Positions 8,614 to 18,355 of a stretch of 64,000 nt of DNA are shown one piece after another; the first letter of the stretch is position 1; each line of letters opens with the position of its first letter. The position numbers were made by a program, and so were the translations under genes. Source of the DNA: an uncultured Enterobacteriaceae bacterium (lineage in GTDB: Bacteria > Pseudomonadota > Gammaproteobacteria > Burkholderiales > SG8-39); assembly GCA_964400745.1 (NCBI GenBank), contig CAYNVY010000001.1, positions 13,560 to 77,559 on the forward strand, written 5' to 3'. Below the pieces are notes generated by a model. The model saw nothing but the letters and a program-made list of their open reading frames with translations. It had not been told where the DNA came from and did no database searches.

Positions 8614-10754
8614 GCTGCGGCCCCGGTGCGTGCAACGCTGTCCGCGAGCGGCAGAAACACCTGGAATCGGGTGCCGTCGTTGAGCGAACTCTCTACCGCG
8701 ATGCGCCCGCCGATGCCGTTGACGTACTGAATGCTTTCATACATGCCGATGCCCATCCCCTGAGGCTTGGTAGTCTGGTACGGCCGGAACAGCCGCTCGC
8801 GCACGAATTCCTCGGTCATGCCGGCCCCATTGTCGGCGATCTCCACCAGGGCGTAGCTGCCATCGGGAACCGCGCGCAAGCGAATGCGCCCGCCACCTTC
8901 CTGCGTCGCCTCGATCGCGTTCTGAACGATGTGGCCGAGTACGCGCTCGATGCGATCGTCGTGGGCAAATGCGCGCAGGCTCGACCCGGGCTCGAACTCG
9001 ATCGACGCCCGGTGCACTTCCTTAGTCTTGATCACCCGCCCGATCAATTCGCGCAACTCGACCGGGCGCGGCTTTTCCATCGGCGTCGTCCCCGTTCTGA
9101 GTTGCAGCATGAGCTGATTCATGCGCCCGACGACATTTTCTATGGTTTCGAGCATATCACGCTGAAACTCGGGATTGTCGCGATGCCGTTCGGCATTCTT
9201 CAGCAGCAGGGCGAGTTGCGCGACGAGGTTCTTGAGGTCGTGAACGACGAAAGCCGACATGCGGTTGAAGGCGTCGAACTTCTCGGTTTCCACCAACGCT
9301 TCGTTCGCGCGCATATGTGCCAGATAGCTGGCCGCCTGCCGGCTGGCGGTTTTCAGCAGGTCGAGCACCTCCCAATTCACGTCCATCGGAGCCCGCGGTC
9401 GCGCCAGGACGACGAACCCGATGAGATCGACCCCGCTTGCGAGCGGAACGACCAACCAAGCCTCTTTCATGTTGGCGAGCCACTCGGGCAGCACCAGTTG
9501 CGGATAGCGATCGGGAAACGCGGCGACCTCGTCCAGATTGATCACCCAGCCGGTGCTGTTCAAGAACGCGACGAGCGAGCCCGACGCCGGCTCGCTTTCT
9601 CCGATTTTCTGGAGACTTAGCCGCGCCATCTGGCGCAGCGCGCCGTCGCGTTCGATCCAGATTGCGCCGCCTACGCTTTCAACCAGATCGGCCAGAGCGC
9701 GCACGACCTGTGCGTAGAGGTTTATCCCCTGAACCGGCGCTCCGAGCGCCCGGGTAAAGCGCAGCCATTCGCCGCGGTATTCGTAGCGAAACGAAAAGAA
9801 ATGCTTGCTGACGAAAACCTTCAGCCAGGCGCGCAGGCTTCCGGAGAGCACCAATGCGCCCAGGCAAAGCAAAGCCGAAAACACAAACGCAACCTGCAGC
9901 GTTTCACCCCAGCCCCCGCCGAAAAAGCGCACCCAGTAGCCGGCGCCGGCGACGATCATCAAGTAGGCACCGGCCACGAACAAGGCGGTCGAATGCAAGA
10001 CCACGCCGCGCGAAACGTGCCAATCGATCGTCCAAGCCGTGTTTCGCTTCGTCGCCAGCGCCACGAACAGGATTACCAGCGCGTGGGCGATGCCCCGGGC
10101 GGCCCACATCGCCGGATCAACGCGCTGAAACAGCACCGCACCCGAATACGTCAGCAGGTCGAACGCGAACATGCCCGAGAGCCCGACCACCAAGGGCTTG
10201 ATCGCCCAGCGTCCGTTCTCCGGCGTGCGCCGGTAGAGTTGCTCGTTCAGCACGAGCCCGAAGACCGAAGTGCAAAGCAAGGCGGCGAACGCCCCGACCG
10301 GCCACGCTCCAGCCGCCGCGCCCAGCCACGGCGGGGATTGCGGCAGGACCGCGCCCGCCAGCAGCAGCGTGCCAAGTATGGTCGACGGCCAAGCCGGCGG
10401 GACGACGCCGTTCGCGACCGCGTTCCCGCCGCGCCCGGCCTTCAGAAGAAACAGCAGGAAGACAAGCCAGGCACCGAGCCGAATGGCATCGAGCAGGCGC
10501 GCCAGCCACCAAAGGCCGGCATCGGGGAAGATGAGCATCGCCAGCACGCAGCCCGCCCAGAGGGCGCTTGCCACCACGGCGCCGACCAGAATCGATGCGC
10601 GCGCGCCGCCGCGCCAGCCAAGAGAGAACTGCACGGCGAACCCGGCGAAAATCAATGCTGCAAGGCAATAGCTCAGTATCGCCGGGGTGTACGGGAAGGC
10701 ACTGGTCACGATGCGGAATCTCGGCTCAAGGCGATACAATACTACCGTGGCCAT
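8610..10754 (-). CDS. prsK: PEP-CTERM system sensor histidine kinase
   Basis: About 330 aa of multi-pass membrane domain, a GAF-like linker, the H-box FVVHDLKNLV and the ATPase G-box GMGIGMYES. Translationally coupled to prsR. Confidence 0.9.
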   Translation of the reverse strand: MATVVLYRLEPRFRIVTSAFPYTPAILSYCLAALIFAGFAVQFSLGWRGGARASILVGAVVASALWAGCVLAMLIFPDAGLWWLARLLDAIRLGAWLVFLLFLLKAGRGGNAVANGVVPPAWPSTILGTLLLAGAVLPQSPPWLGAAAGAWPVGAFAALLCTSVFGLVLNEQLYRRTPENGRWAIKPLVVGLSGMFAFDLLTYSGAVLFQRVDPAMWAARGIAHALVILFVALATKRNTAWTIDWHVSRGVVLHSTALFVAGAYLMIVAGAGYWVRFFGGGWGETLQVAFVFSALLCLGALVLSGSLRAWLKVFVSKHFFSFRYEYRGEWLRFTRALGAPVQGINLYAQVVRALADLVESVGGAIWIERDGALRQMARLSLQKIGESEPASGSLVAFLNSTGWVINLDEVAAFPDRYPQLVLPEWLANMKEAWLVVPLASGVDLIGFVVLARPRAPMDVNWEVLDLLKTASRQAASYLAHMRANEALVETEKFDAFNRMSAFVVHDLKNLVAQLALLLKNAERHRDNPEFQRDMLETIENVVGRMNQLMLQLRTGTTPMEKPRPVELRELIGRVIKTKEVHRASIEFEPGSSLRAFAHDDRIERVLGHIVQNAIEATQEGGGRIRLRAVPDGSYALVEIADNGAGMTEEFVRERLFRPYQTTKPQGMGIGMYESIQYVNGIGGRIAVESSLNDGTRFQVFLPLADSVARTGAAA

Positions 10755-11015
10755 GCGTTCTGCGCCATAGTTGATCCGTGGCCGGTGACAATAGAATCAC
10801 GGCTTGTGCCCGAAGCGGAAGCGATAATATCGAAGCCGCCGCGGTCAGTTGCCGGCGCCATTCCCGTCAGGGCGCGCGATTGCATGAGTAACCGGCGGAT
10901 TCGATGCTGCCCTGATTTCAGGAGGCGTTGTAAAATGAATTCTCAGCGGCTTGATCCGGCGGCACATGAGGGAAAGCATCCCCTCGTTTCGAAACGGCTT
11001 TTATGGGGGCAGCAT

Positions 11016-11633
11016 ATGGTTAGCAATGTTATTTCCCGCTTAATCGGGCTGGCGGTGGCGGCCCTGCTCGCGGCATCGCTTACCGCTTGCACGAGCCTTG
11101 CCCCCGCGCCTGTGTCAGCGGCTTCGGAGAGTTACAGTTATATCATCGGTCCAGGCGACATGATCAATATCGTCGTCTGGCGCAATCCGGAACTGTCGAT
11201 GATCGTCCCGGTTCGTCCGGACGGGAAGATTTCCGCCCCTCTGGTCGAAGATCTTCCGGCGATGGGCAAGGACGCAGCCGCTCTGTCCCGGGATATCGAG
11301 AAGGCGCTAGCCAAGTTCATTCTGGAACCCAAGGTCAACGTCGTCGTGACCGGATTCGTCGGCCCCTACAGCGAACAGATCCGGGTGGTCGGCGAGGCGG
11401 CACGGCCGCAGGTCCTTTCTTATAAGCAGAACATGACCCTGCTCGACGTCATGATCGCGGTCGGAGGAATAACGGATTTCGCCGACGGCAACAACGCCAC
11501 CTTGCTGCGTACTGCGGACGGCAACAAGCAGTACAGCGTCCGCGTCAAGGACTTGATCAAACGCGGCGATATTTCCGCCAACGTCGAGATGAAGCCGGGC
11601 GACGTTTTGATCATTCCGCAGAGTTGGTTCTGA
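11016..11633 (+). CDS. Polysaccharide export protein (Wza/EpsE-like outer-membrane auxiliary lipoprotein), PEP-CTERM-system type
   Basis: MVSNVISRLIGLAVAALLAASLTAC (lipobox), then ...YIIGPGDMINIVVWRNPELS...VRPDGKISAPLV..., which are Poly_export/SLBB motifs. The 610-aa ORF from 9801 overlaps prsK antisense and is rejected upstream of 11016. An alternative ATG at 10935 has a GGAGG SD. Confidence 0.85.
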   Translation: MVSNVISRLIGLAVAALLAASLTACTSLAPAPVSAASESYSYIIGPGDMINIVVWRNPELSMIVPVRPDGKISAPLVEDLPAMGKDAAALSRDIEKALAKFILEPKVNVVVTGFVGPYSEQIRVVGEAARPQVLSYKQNMTLLDVMIAVGGITDFADGNNATLLRTADGNKQYSVRVKDLIKRGDISANVEMKPGDVLIIPQSWF

Positions 11634-11714
11634 TTAAGCTGTGAGTCCCTACGCGGCCGTGCTCGCGCGACTCTTGCCTGGCATAGCCGCGGCATTCCTG
11701 GAAACAAGACCCTG

Positions 11715-13277
11715 ATGAGCGAATTACTTCGTCAAGCGGCCCTCCACCTGCGAGGCATGTGGAAATATCGATGGCTGGGGCTGTTCGTCGCCTGGGCAGT
11801 CGGGGCGGCCGGCGTCGCGACCATCAAGCTGATTCCGGACAGGTACGAAGCTGCGGCACGGATCTACGTCAACACCGAATCGATTCTCAAGCCGCTCATG
11901 GTCGGCATGACGGTTCAGCCAAACGACAACCAGCGCATTGCGATGCTCAGTCGCATCGTCATCAGCCGCCCCAATGTGGAGAAGATCGTTCATACCGTCG
12001 GCTTGGACGCCAAGGCGGAATCGAAGGAAGACGTCGACCGGCTGATCGACGATGTGCTGAAGGTACTGACCATCAAGGACACCGGAAGCGTGAATCTCTA
12101 CATGCTCACCTTTCGCGACACCGTGCCCGAGCGGGCGAAGCGCGTGGTGGAATTGCTGACCTCGACGTTCATCGAATCCGGACAGGGAAGCAAGATCAGC
12201 GACGCGGACGCCGCGAAGAAGTTCATCAACGAACAGATCGTGATCTACGAAAAGAAGCTGCAGGATGCGGAAAACCGCATGAAGGAATTCAAGCTGCGCT
12301 ACCTGGGCATGAGCCCGGGTGAAGGCAAGGACTATTTTGCCCGCATGTCGGATATCACCGCCCTGTTGAACCAGGCGCAACTCGAGCTGCGGCAGGCGGA
12401 GAACTCGCGCGACGCGTTCAGGCGCGGGCTGGAAAAGGAAGAGCGCGAAACGGTGCCGACTGCGGTGGCGCCGAGCAATAGCGGAGGATCGATCGCCGAA
12501 ATCGACGCGCGCGTCGACGCGATCAGGCGCAACCTGGATGCCTTGCTGCTGAAATTCACCGAGAATCACCCGGACGTGATGGCTGCCAGGCGCGTGATCA
12601 AGGAGCTGGAGGAACAGCGCCGCCAGCTGCAGCTCGCGCGCAAGCCCGGCGATACGCCGGCGCCGCCGCCCGCCGCGAGCGGCCCGCGCGCCTCCGATCA
12701 ACTCAAGGTGGCGCTGGCCGGAGCCGAAGCCAATGTCGCCGCATCCAGTACGCGCGTGACCGAATACACGGCGCGCTTGAATCGCCTCAAGGAGTCGGCA
12801 AAACTGCTACCGCAGCTCGATGTCGAACTCGCCCAACTCAATCGAGACTACGACGTCAACAAGAAGAACTATGAAAGTCTGGTCTCACGCCGCGAATCGG
12901 CAAGCATGTCGAGCGAAATGCAGTCGGTATCCGGCGTCGCGGATTTCCGCTTGATCGACCCGCCGCGCGTTTCTCCCAAGCCGGTGGCGCCCAACCGGCT
13001 GATGCTGGTGCCGCTTTCGCTGCTGCTGGCGCTGGGAGCGGGACTCGCGGCCGCGTTTGCCGCCAAGGAGCTGCGCCCCACCTGCTATGATGTTCAGACC
13101 TTGCGTGAAGTTTCCGGACTGCCGGTATTGGGTGCGGTATCGATGATCGTCAGCGATTCGATGAAGCGAAAGCGAAGAATCGGCTTGATCGCGTTTCTGA
13201 CGGGAAGCGGAGCTTTTCTCGGCGCCTATATCGCCGTCTTCGCATATCTGGCTCTGCAGAGCGTGCGCGTTGATTGA
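11715..13277 (+). CDS. Polysaccharide chain-length determinant protein (Wzz/PCP family, PEP-CTERM-locus type)
   Basis: N-terminal TM (WLGLFVAWAVGAAGVATI), a long coiled-coil periplasmic region, a C-terminal TM pair, and ...PRVSPKPVAPNRLML... (the PCP proline-rich motif). Confidence 0.85.
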   Translation: MSELLRQAALHLRGMWKYRWLGLFVAWAVGAAGVATIKLIPDRYEAAARIYVNTESILKPLMVGMTVQPNDNQRIAMLSRIVISRPNVEKIVHTVGLDAKAESKEDVDRLIDDVLKVLTIKDTGSVNLYMLTFRDTVPERAKRVVELLTSTFIESGQGSKISDADAAKKFINEQIVIYEKKLQDAENRMKEFKLRYLGMSPGEGKDYFARMSDITALLNQAQLELRQAENSRDAFRRGLEKEERETVPTAVAPSNSGGSIAEIDARVDAIRRNLDALLLKFTENHPDVMAARRVIKELEEQRRQLQLARKPGDTPAPPPAASGPRASDQLKVALAGAEANVAASSTRVTEYTARLNRLKESAKLLPQLDVELAQLNRDYDVNKKNYESLVSRRESASMSSEMQSVSGVADFRLIDPPRVSPKPVAPNRLMLVPLSLLLALGAGLAAAFAAKELRPTCYDVQTLREVSGLPVLGAVSMIVSDSMKRKRRIGLIAFLTGSGAFLGAYIAVFAYLALQSVRVD

Positions 13278-13286
13278 GGATGTGCG

Positions 13287-14225
13287 ATGAGTCTTATTGA
13301 GAAGGCCGCCAAGCGTCTGGAGGAATTGCGCCGCGCCGGTGTAGCCCCTCCCGGCGACACCGGCGACGACGCGGGAGCCGGCCGCGTGCCCGATCGGCAC
13401 GATGCGCCGACACTGCCGGCTGAACCCGTGTCGGCGGCGAGCGCAGCAGGGGGCGTGAATTCGCTCGCCCCCCCCACCCCGGCGCCGAAGTCGCGCCAGG
13501 TGAGGCTGGATCTGTCGCGGCTTGCCGCCTTGGGTATGGTGAATCCGGCCGCGCCGCGTTCCCAGATGGCGGACGAGTTTCGCTTGCTCAAGCGCCCGCT
13601 TATCGCCAACGCTTCCGGGAACAGTGCGCACCCGGTCGCCAACGGCAATCTCGTCATGGTGACGAGCGCGCTGCCTGGGGAAGGCAAGACCTTTACCGCG
13701 ACAAATCTGGCTGTAAGTATCGCCATGGAACTGGACCGGACGGTATTGCTGGTCGATGCCGATGTCGCACGGCCATCGCTGCCGAAGCTCCTCGGGGTGC
13801 CTGCCGAACCGGGACTGCTCGACCTGTTGCGGGACAGGTCGGTCAACCTTAGCGACGCAATACTGCGAACGAACATCGAAAAATTTTCCGTCCTGACCAG
13901 CGGCACACCCCACGCGCGGGCCACCGAATTGCTGGCGAGTTTAGAGATGGCCAATTTGCTGCACGACCTCGCGCATCGCTATTCGGATCGCATCATCATC
14001 TTTGATTCCCCGCCGCTGCTCGTCACGACGGAGGCGCGCGTACTGGCAAGTCTCATGGGACAGATCGTGTTCGTCGTGCAAGCCGAAACGACTCCGCAAA
14101 GCGCAGTTTTGCAGGCTCTGGCCACGATTGCCGCCTGTCCGGTCAAGCTGATGGTGCTCAACCAGGCTGCCGCGTCGGGCGCTGGCAGCTACGGCCACGG
14201 ATATGGCTACGGTTACGCCTCCTAG
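13287..14225 (+). CDS. Chain-length determinant tyrosine autokinase (BY-kinase, EpsG-like)
   Basis: Walker A VTSALPGEGKTFTATNLA, Walker A'/B (VLLVDADV, IIIFDSPP) and a C-terminal Tyr cluster GSYGHGYGYGYAS. Confidence 0.85.
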   Translation: MSLIEKAAKRLEELRRAGVAPPGDTGDDAGAGRVPDRHDAPTLPAEPVSAASAAGGVNSLAPPTPAPKSRQVRLDLSRLAALGMVNPAAPRSQMADEFRLLKRPLIANASGNSAHPVANGNLVMVTSALPGEGKTFTATNLAVSIAMELDRTVLLVDADVARPSLPKLLGVPAEPGLLDLLRDRSVNLSDAILRTNIEKFSVLTSGTPHARATELLASLEMANLLHDLAHRYSDRIIIFDSPPLLVTTEARVLASLMGQIVFVVQAETTPQSAVLQALATIAACPVKLMVLNQAAASGAGSYGHGYGYGYAS

Positions 14226-15882
14226 CCCTACCGCCCTGGATACCGCGACCAAACCCGAGCCGACGGCGTTGCGCGCGACTGGGCGCAAGATCCATCGCCC
14301 GGCGCATAGCGATCGCGCGAGCCCGTGGCTGGTCTGCGTCGGCGTACTCGTCGCCGCCGGCCTGACCCCTTGCGCGGTGCGCGCACAGACCGTTGACGCG
14401 TCTGCCGCTGCCCAGCGTTTGGAGGCGCCGCCGGCCCGCCGCATTGCGCGCTGGCAGGTCGTGCCGCGCGTGACCTTGTCGGAAACCTATACCGACAATG
14501 CGACGCTCGCCGCGCCCGGTTCGGCGCAAAGCGACTGGGTAAGAGTTCTGACGCCCGGAATTCAGATATCGGGGGCGGGGCCGCGGGTATCGGGACGTTT
14601 CGACTATAGCCTGCAAGACCTCGCCTACGCGAATCAAACCCAGCTCAACAGCCGGCGGAACTTGCTGAGTTCGTTCGCGACCGTCGAGGCGGTGGAGAAC
14701 TGGCTCTTCGTCGACGCGCGCGCCAGCATCACGCAGCAAAACACATCCGCCTTCAGCGCGGCGGCGCAGGACCCCGCCGGCGCGATTTCCAACCGAACCG
14801 AAACGACCCAATATCAGGTCTCGCCCTACCTGCGCGGGCGGGTTTCGGACATCGCTGCCTATCAAGTCCGCTTTAGCCGAACCGAGACGCAAACCAGCAA
14901 CGGCGCGGTGCCGGCGACGCAGACGGCGCAGTGGGTCGCACGCATCAGAAACACGCCTTCTTCCTCGAAGCTGGGTTGGTCGTTAGACAGCGACGCGATG
15001 ACCATACGCAACGACACTATGGGCAACAAGCAAAGCGGCCGCATACGCGCAAGCCTGATCTACGACATCTACCCCGAACTTCACGCCTCCGTCATGTATG
15101 GGCGGGAAAACACCAACTATGCAAGTTCGGCGACGCAGGTCATCAATACGCCCGGCGTAGGCCTGGAGTGGTCGCCCGGCGCGCGGACTCAATTTGCAGC
15201 GGTCAGGGAACGGCGGTTCTTCGGCGATGGCCAGAGCCTGCTTTTCAGCCATCGCACCCCATTGCTCGCTCTGAAATACACGGACGACAAGGACGTCACT
15301 GCCATGTCGAATCAGATCGCTGCAGGCGGTCAGGGCTCTGTCCAGGCTCTGATGTCGGATCTGCTGACTTCCAGCATTCCGGACCCGACGGCTCGCGCCC
15401 AGGCGGTGAGGTCGAGCCTGGAGCAGGCCGGCGCGTCCAGCCCCCCTGCCGGAGGTTTCATCACTTCACGCATATTCATCAGTCACAGCCGCGACGCTTC
15501 CGCGGTACTGATGGGCAGGCGCAACACCATGACCATCAGGCTGAATCAGCGCGACAACCAAAGCATCGGCCTGGGTGCCGTGGCGAGCGCCGACAGCTTT
15601 TCCTCGAGCGCCGACATTCGCCAGCAGACTGCGTCGGCTTCCTGGACGCATCGCCTGTCGCCCCTCTCGAGCATAACGAATAGCGTCTCAAGCCTGCACA
15701 CCAGCGGGTCGGGCGCGACCGGTCTCGAGTCCAGGCAAAATGCGCACAACGCTTTCTTCGCGACCCGGATCGGCGCGAAGACGACCGCTTCGGTCGGGGT
15801 ACGGCGCACCCGGTTTTCCAGCACGGTTTCCCCCGGTTATCGCGAAAATGCGCTCGTGGGCACGTTGTCGATGACTTTCTGA
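14203..15882 (+). CDS. XrtA/PEP-CTERM system-associated outer-membrane beta-barrel protein (EpsL-like)
   Basis: Signal-like WLVCVGVLVAAGLTPCAVRAQ, alternating beta-strand sequence throughout and the terminal ...GTLSMTF (C-terminal Phe). It occupies the conserved position between the kinase and the ATPase. The true start may be downstream of 14203 (23-nt overlap with the kinase gene). Confidence 0.7.
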   Translation: MATVTPPSPTALDTATKPEPTALRATGRKIHRPAHSDRASPWLVCVGVLVAAGLTPCAVRAQTVDASAAAQRLEAPPARRIARWQVVPRVTLSETYTDNATLAAPGSAQSDWVRVLTPGIQISGAGPRVSGRFDYSLQDLAYANQTQLNSRRNLLSSFATVEAVENWLFVDARASITQQNTSAFSAAAQDPAGAISNRTETTQYQVSPYLRGRVSDIAAYQVRFSRTETQTSNGAVPATQTAQWVARIRNTPSSSKLGWSLDSDAMTIRNDTMGNKQSGRIRASLIYDIYPELHASVMYGRENTNYASSATQVINTPGVGLEWSPGARTQFAAVRERRFFGDGQSLLFSHRTPLLALKYTDDKDVTAMSNQIAAGGQGSVQALMSDLLTSSIPDPTARAQAVRSSLEQAGASSPPAGGFITSRIFISHSRDASAVLMGRRNTMTIRLNQRDNQSIGLGAVASADSFSSSADIRQQTASASWTHRLSPLSSITNSVSSLHTSGSGATGLESRQNAHNAFFATRIGAKTTASVGVRRTRFSSTVSPGYRENALVGTLSMTF

Positions 15883-15898
15883 TGGCACACCTACTCCC

Positions 15899-16951
15899 AT
15901 GTACGAAGCCTACTACGAACTGAGCGGCAAGCCGTTTCAACTCAACCCTGATCCTTCCTTCTATTTTGCCAGCCGCCAGCACCGGCGGGCGATGGCCTAT
16001 CTCGAATACGGCCTGCACCAGAACGAGGGCTTCATCGTGGTTACCGGCGAAATCGGGGCGGGCAAGACGACACTGGTGCGGGATCTCCTGGGCAAACTCG
16101 ACGCGAACGAAGTCGTCGCCGCGAATCTGGCGAGCACGCAGCTGGACGCGGACGACATCCTGCGCATGGTTGCGGCCGCGTTCGGCCTTCCCACCAGGCA
16201 GACCGCCAAGTCGGACTTGCTCCTTGCGCTCGAGGCCTTCCTCGTCTCGACTGCGAGCAAGGGCAAGCGCTGCCTCCTCATAGTGGACGAAGCGCAAAAC
16301 CTGACGCCGCGGGCCGTGGAAGAGCTGCGCATGCTGTCGAATTTTCAGCTCGAAACGCACGCCCTGCTGCAAAGCTTTCTGGTCGGCCAACCGGAATTTC
16401 GCCGTATCCTGCAGCGCCCCGAACTGCAGCAATTGCGCCAGCGCGTGATCGCGTCCTGCCATATCGGTCCGATGGACGCGGGCGAGACGCGCGGGTATAT
16501 CGAGCATAGACTCAAGCATGTCGGCTGGAAGGGCGTACCCCTGATCCAGGACGACGCGCACCAGGCGATTTTCGCGGCGAGCGGAGGCGTCCCGCGGCGC
16601 ATCAATTCCATTTGCGACCGTCTGCTGCTGTCCGGATTCCTCGCGGAGAAACGCGAATTCGGCCAGGGGGATGTAGAGGAAATCGCTGACGACATGCGCG
16701 ACGAAGGCCTCGCGCCCGCGGTGCCGGAGCCCGTCGATGCAGCGGCTGCCGCTGCCGCGGCGTCAAATGCGCCAAGCGCAGGAGTGCAGAAAAAGGGACG
16801 GCGAATTGCGGACGATCCAAGCGCCGACAGCTTGTCGGCGCGGATGTCGCGACTGGAACGCGGCATGCTGCGACTGGAACGCGGCCTGCTGCGTCTCGAG
16901 CAACTGGGCGCCGCCAACCCGGCCACGCCCCATCGACCCATTGACAGTTAG
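15899..16951 (+). CDS. XrtA/PEP-CTERM system-associated AAA ATPase (ExeA/GspA-like)
   Basis: MYEAYYELSGKPFQLNPDPSFYF...VVTGEIGAGKTTLVRDLL (Walker A), ...LLIVDEAQNL (Walker B), and a C-terminal Ala-rich/heptad tail. Confidence 0.85.
   Translation: MYEAYYELSGKPFQLNPDPSFYFASRQHRRAMAYLEYGLHQNEGFIVVTGEIGAGKTTLVRDLLGKLDANEVVAANLASTQLDADDILRMVAAAFGLPTRQTAKSDLLLALEAFLVSTASKGKRCLLIVDEAQNLTPRAVEELRMLSNFQLETHALLQSFLVGQPEFRRILQRPELQQLRQRVIASCHIGPMDAGETRGYIEHRLKHVGWKGVPLIQDDAHQAIFAASGGVPRRINSICDRLLLSGFLAEKREFGQGDVEEIADDMRDEGLAPAVPEPVDAAAAAAAASNAPSAGVQKKGRRIADDPSADSLSARMSRLERGMLRLERGLLRLEQLGAANPATPHRPIDS
16850..16891 (+). repeat. Perfectly phased 21-nt tandem repeat (2 copies, 1 mismatch) inside the ATPase gene
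   Basis: CGACTGGAACGCGGCATGCTG / CGACTGGAACGCGGCCTGCTG encode RLERGML / RLERGLL heptads. A degenerate third unit CGTCTCGAGCAACTG follows. Confidence 0.9.
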
Positions 16952-17074
16952 CGCGCCGGATGCCGTTGAAAGGCAGGCGCAACAAAGAGCCGCGGTAAGC
17001 CTCACGATTGCGCAATTCGGATAAGATGCGGGCTCAAAGGTATTCGCTCATTTTATTTTTTAGGAAGTCAGATC

Positions 17075-18355
17075 ATGACCGTCATTGCAATTGTGGGTCT
17101 GGGTTACGTAGGCTTGCCGCTCGCCGTCGAGTTCGCGAAAAAATATAGAACCATAGGGTACGACCTGTCCGAGGCCAAGATTCAGGCGTATAGGCGCCAC
17201 GTCGATCCGACCGGGGAAATCAGTTCGGAAGAATTGAAGGCGGCGAGGCTGCTGGAACCGACGACGGACGCGGCGGCTTTGAAGGAAGCCGATTTCGTCG
17301 TAATCGCGGTGCCGACGCCGGTCGATGAAGCGCACAACCCGGATTTCGGTCCTCTGGCCGGCGCGAGCGAGACCATAGGCCGGAATCTGAAGCCGGGAGC
17401 GATCGTGGTATTCGAGTCCACCGTCTATCCCGGAGCGACCGAAGAGATCTGCGTCCCCCTGATCGAACGCCATTCCGGCCTGGCATGGAAGAAAGACTTC
17501 TTCGTCGGCTATTCCCCCGAGCGCATCAACCCCGGCGACAAGGAACACACGCTGACGCGGATCGTCAAGGTGGTGTCCGGGGATTTGCCGCAGACGCTCG
17601 AGCGCGTCGCCGAAATATACGGCAGCGTCATTACCGCAGGCGTCCACAAGGCTTCCAGCATCCAGGTGGCCGAGGCGGCGAAGGTTATCGAAAATACGCA
17701 GCGCGACCTGAACATCGCCCTGTTGAACGAGCTCTCGCTCATTTTCCACCGCATGGGACTCGACACCCTGGAGGTATTGCAGGCCGCCGGCACCAAGTGG
17801 AATTTCCTGCCGTTCCGGCCCGGTCTGGTCGGCGGACATTGCATCGGCGTCGACCCGTATTACCTGACGCACAAAGCGGAAAAGATCGGCTATCACCCGC
17901 AGGTGATCCTGGCCGGACGCCGAATCAACGACGGAATGGGAAAGTTCGTCGCCGAGCAGACGGTGAAGAACATGATCCAGAGAGGATTCTCGATCAAGGG
18001 TTCGCACGTCATCGTGCTCGGTCTGACGTTCAAGGAAGATTGCCCCGACCTGCGCAATTCGAAAGTCATCGACGTCATCCGGGAGCTCGAATCCTTCGGT
18101 GTCACTGTTCACGTCCACGACCCGGTAGCCGAAGCGGCGGAGGCCATGCACGAATACGGGGTTCGCCTCATTCCGTGGGAACACCTGCCCAAAGCCAATG
18201 CGATCGTATGCGCGGTCGCCCATCGGGCGTTCAAAGAGCGCAACACGGCGGACTTCGTGGAAGCCCTGTCTCCGGGAGGCTTGTTTGTCGATGTGAAATG
18301 CATGGCGGACGTGGAAGCGCTGCGTGCCGCGGGTATAGGCACATGGCGCCTTTGA
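17075..18355 (+). CDS. tviB: UDP-N-acetyl-D-glucosamine 6-dehydrogenase (TviB/WbpO-type nucleotide-sugar dehydrogenase)
   Basis: [20 protein letters not shown] (NAD fold), ...[11 protein letters not shown]..., ...[12 protein letters not shown]... (catalytic Cys), 426 aa. Directly followed by a TviC/WbpP-like epimerase. Confidence 0.8.
   Translation: MTVIAIVGLGYVGLPLAVEFAKKYRTIGYDLSEAKIQAYRRHVDPTGEISSEELKAARLLEPTTDAAALKEADFVVIAVPTPVDEAHNPDFGPLAGASETIGRNLKPGAIVVFESTVYPGATEEICVPLIERHSGLAWKKDFFVGYSPERINPGDKEHTLTRIVKVVSGDLPQTLERVAEIYGSVITAGVHKASSIQVAEAAKVIENTQRDLNIALLNELSLIFHRMGLDTLEVLQAAGTKWNFLPFRPGLVGGHCIGVDPYYLTHKAEKIGYHPQVILAGRRINDGMGKFVAEQTVKNMIQRGFSIKGSHVIVLGLTFKEDCPDLRNSKVIDVIRELESFGVTVHVHDPVAEAAEAMHEYGVRLIPWEHLPKANAIVCAVAHRAFKERNTADFVEALSPGGLFVDVKCMADVEALRAAGIGTWRL

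Noticed and set aside
10869-10884. Sigma-54-like element AGGGCGCGCGATTGCA upstream of the export operon, with a GTGA-N8-TCAC dyad at 10785-10800.
   Set aside because: The register and -12 (TTGCA) are right, but the -24 hexamer matches only the GG. In GC-rich DNA such partial matches are expected by chance, so it is not supportable without a PWM score or TSS data.
9801-11015. N-terminal 405 codons of the 610-aa ORF that ends as the Wza-like export protein.
   Set aside because: This part runs antisense through prsK and the intergenic region and is Arg/Pro-rich. The export protein has a complete lipoprotein signal starting at ATG 11016.
17485-18342. Upstream 286 codons of ORF 17485-19380 (the tviC frame).
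   Set aside because: It overlaps tviB out of frame with an Arg/Gly-rich translation. The SDR Rossmann motif begins right after ATG 18343.
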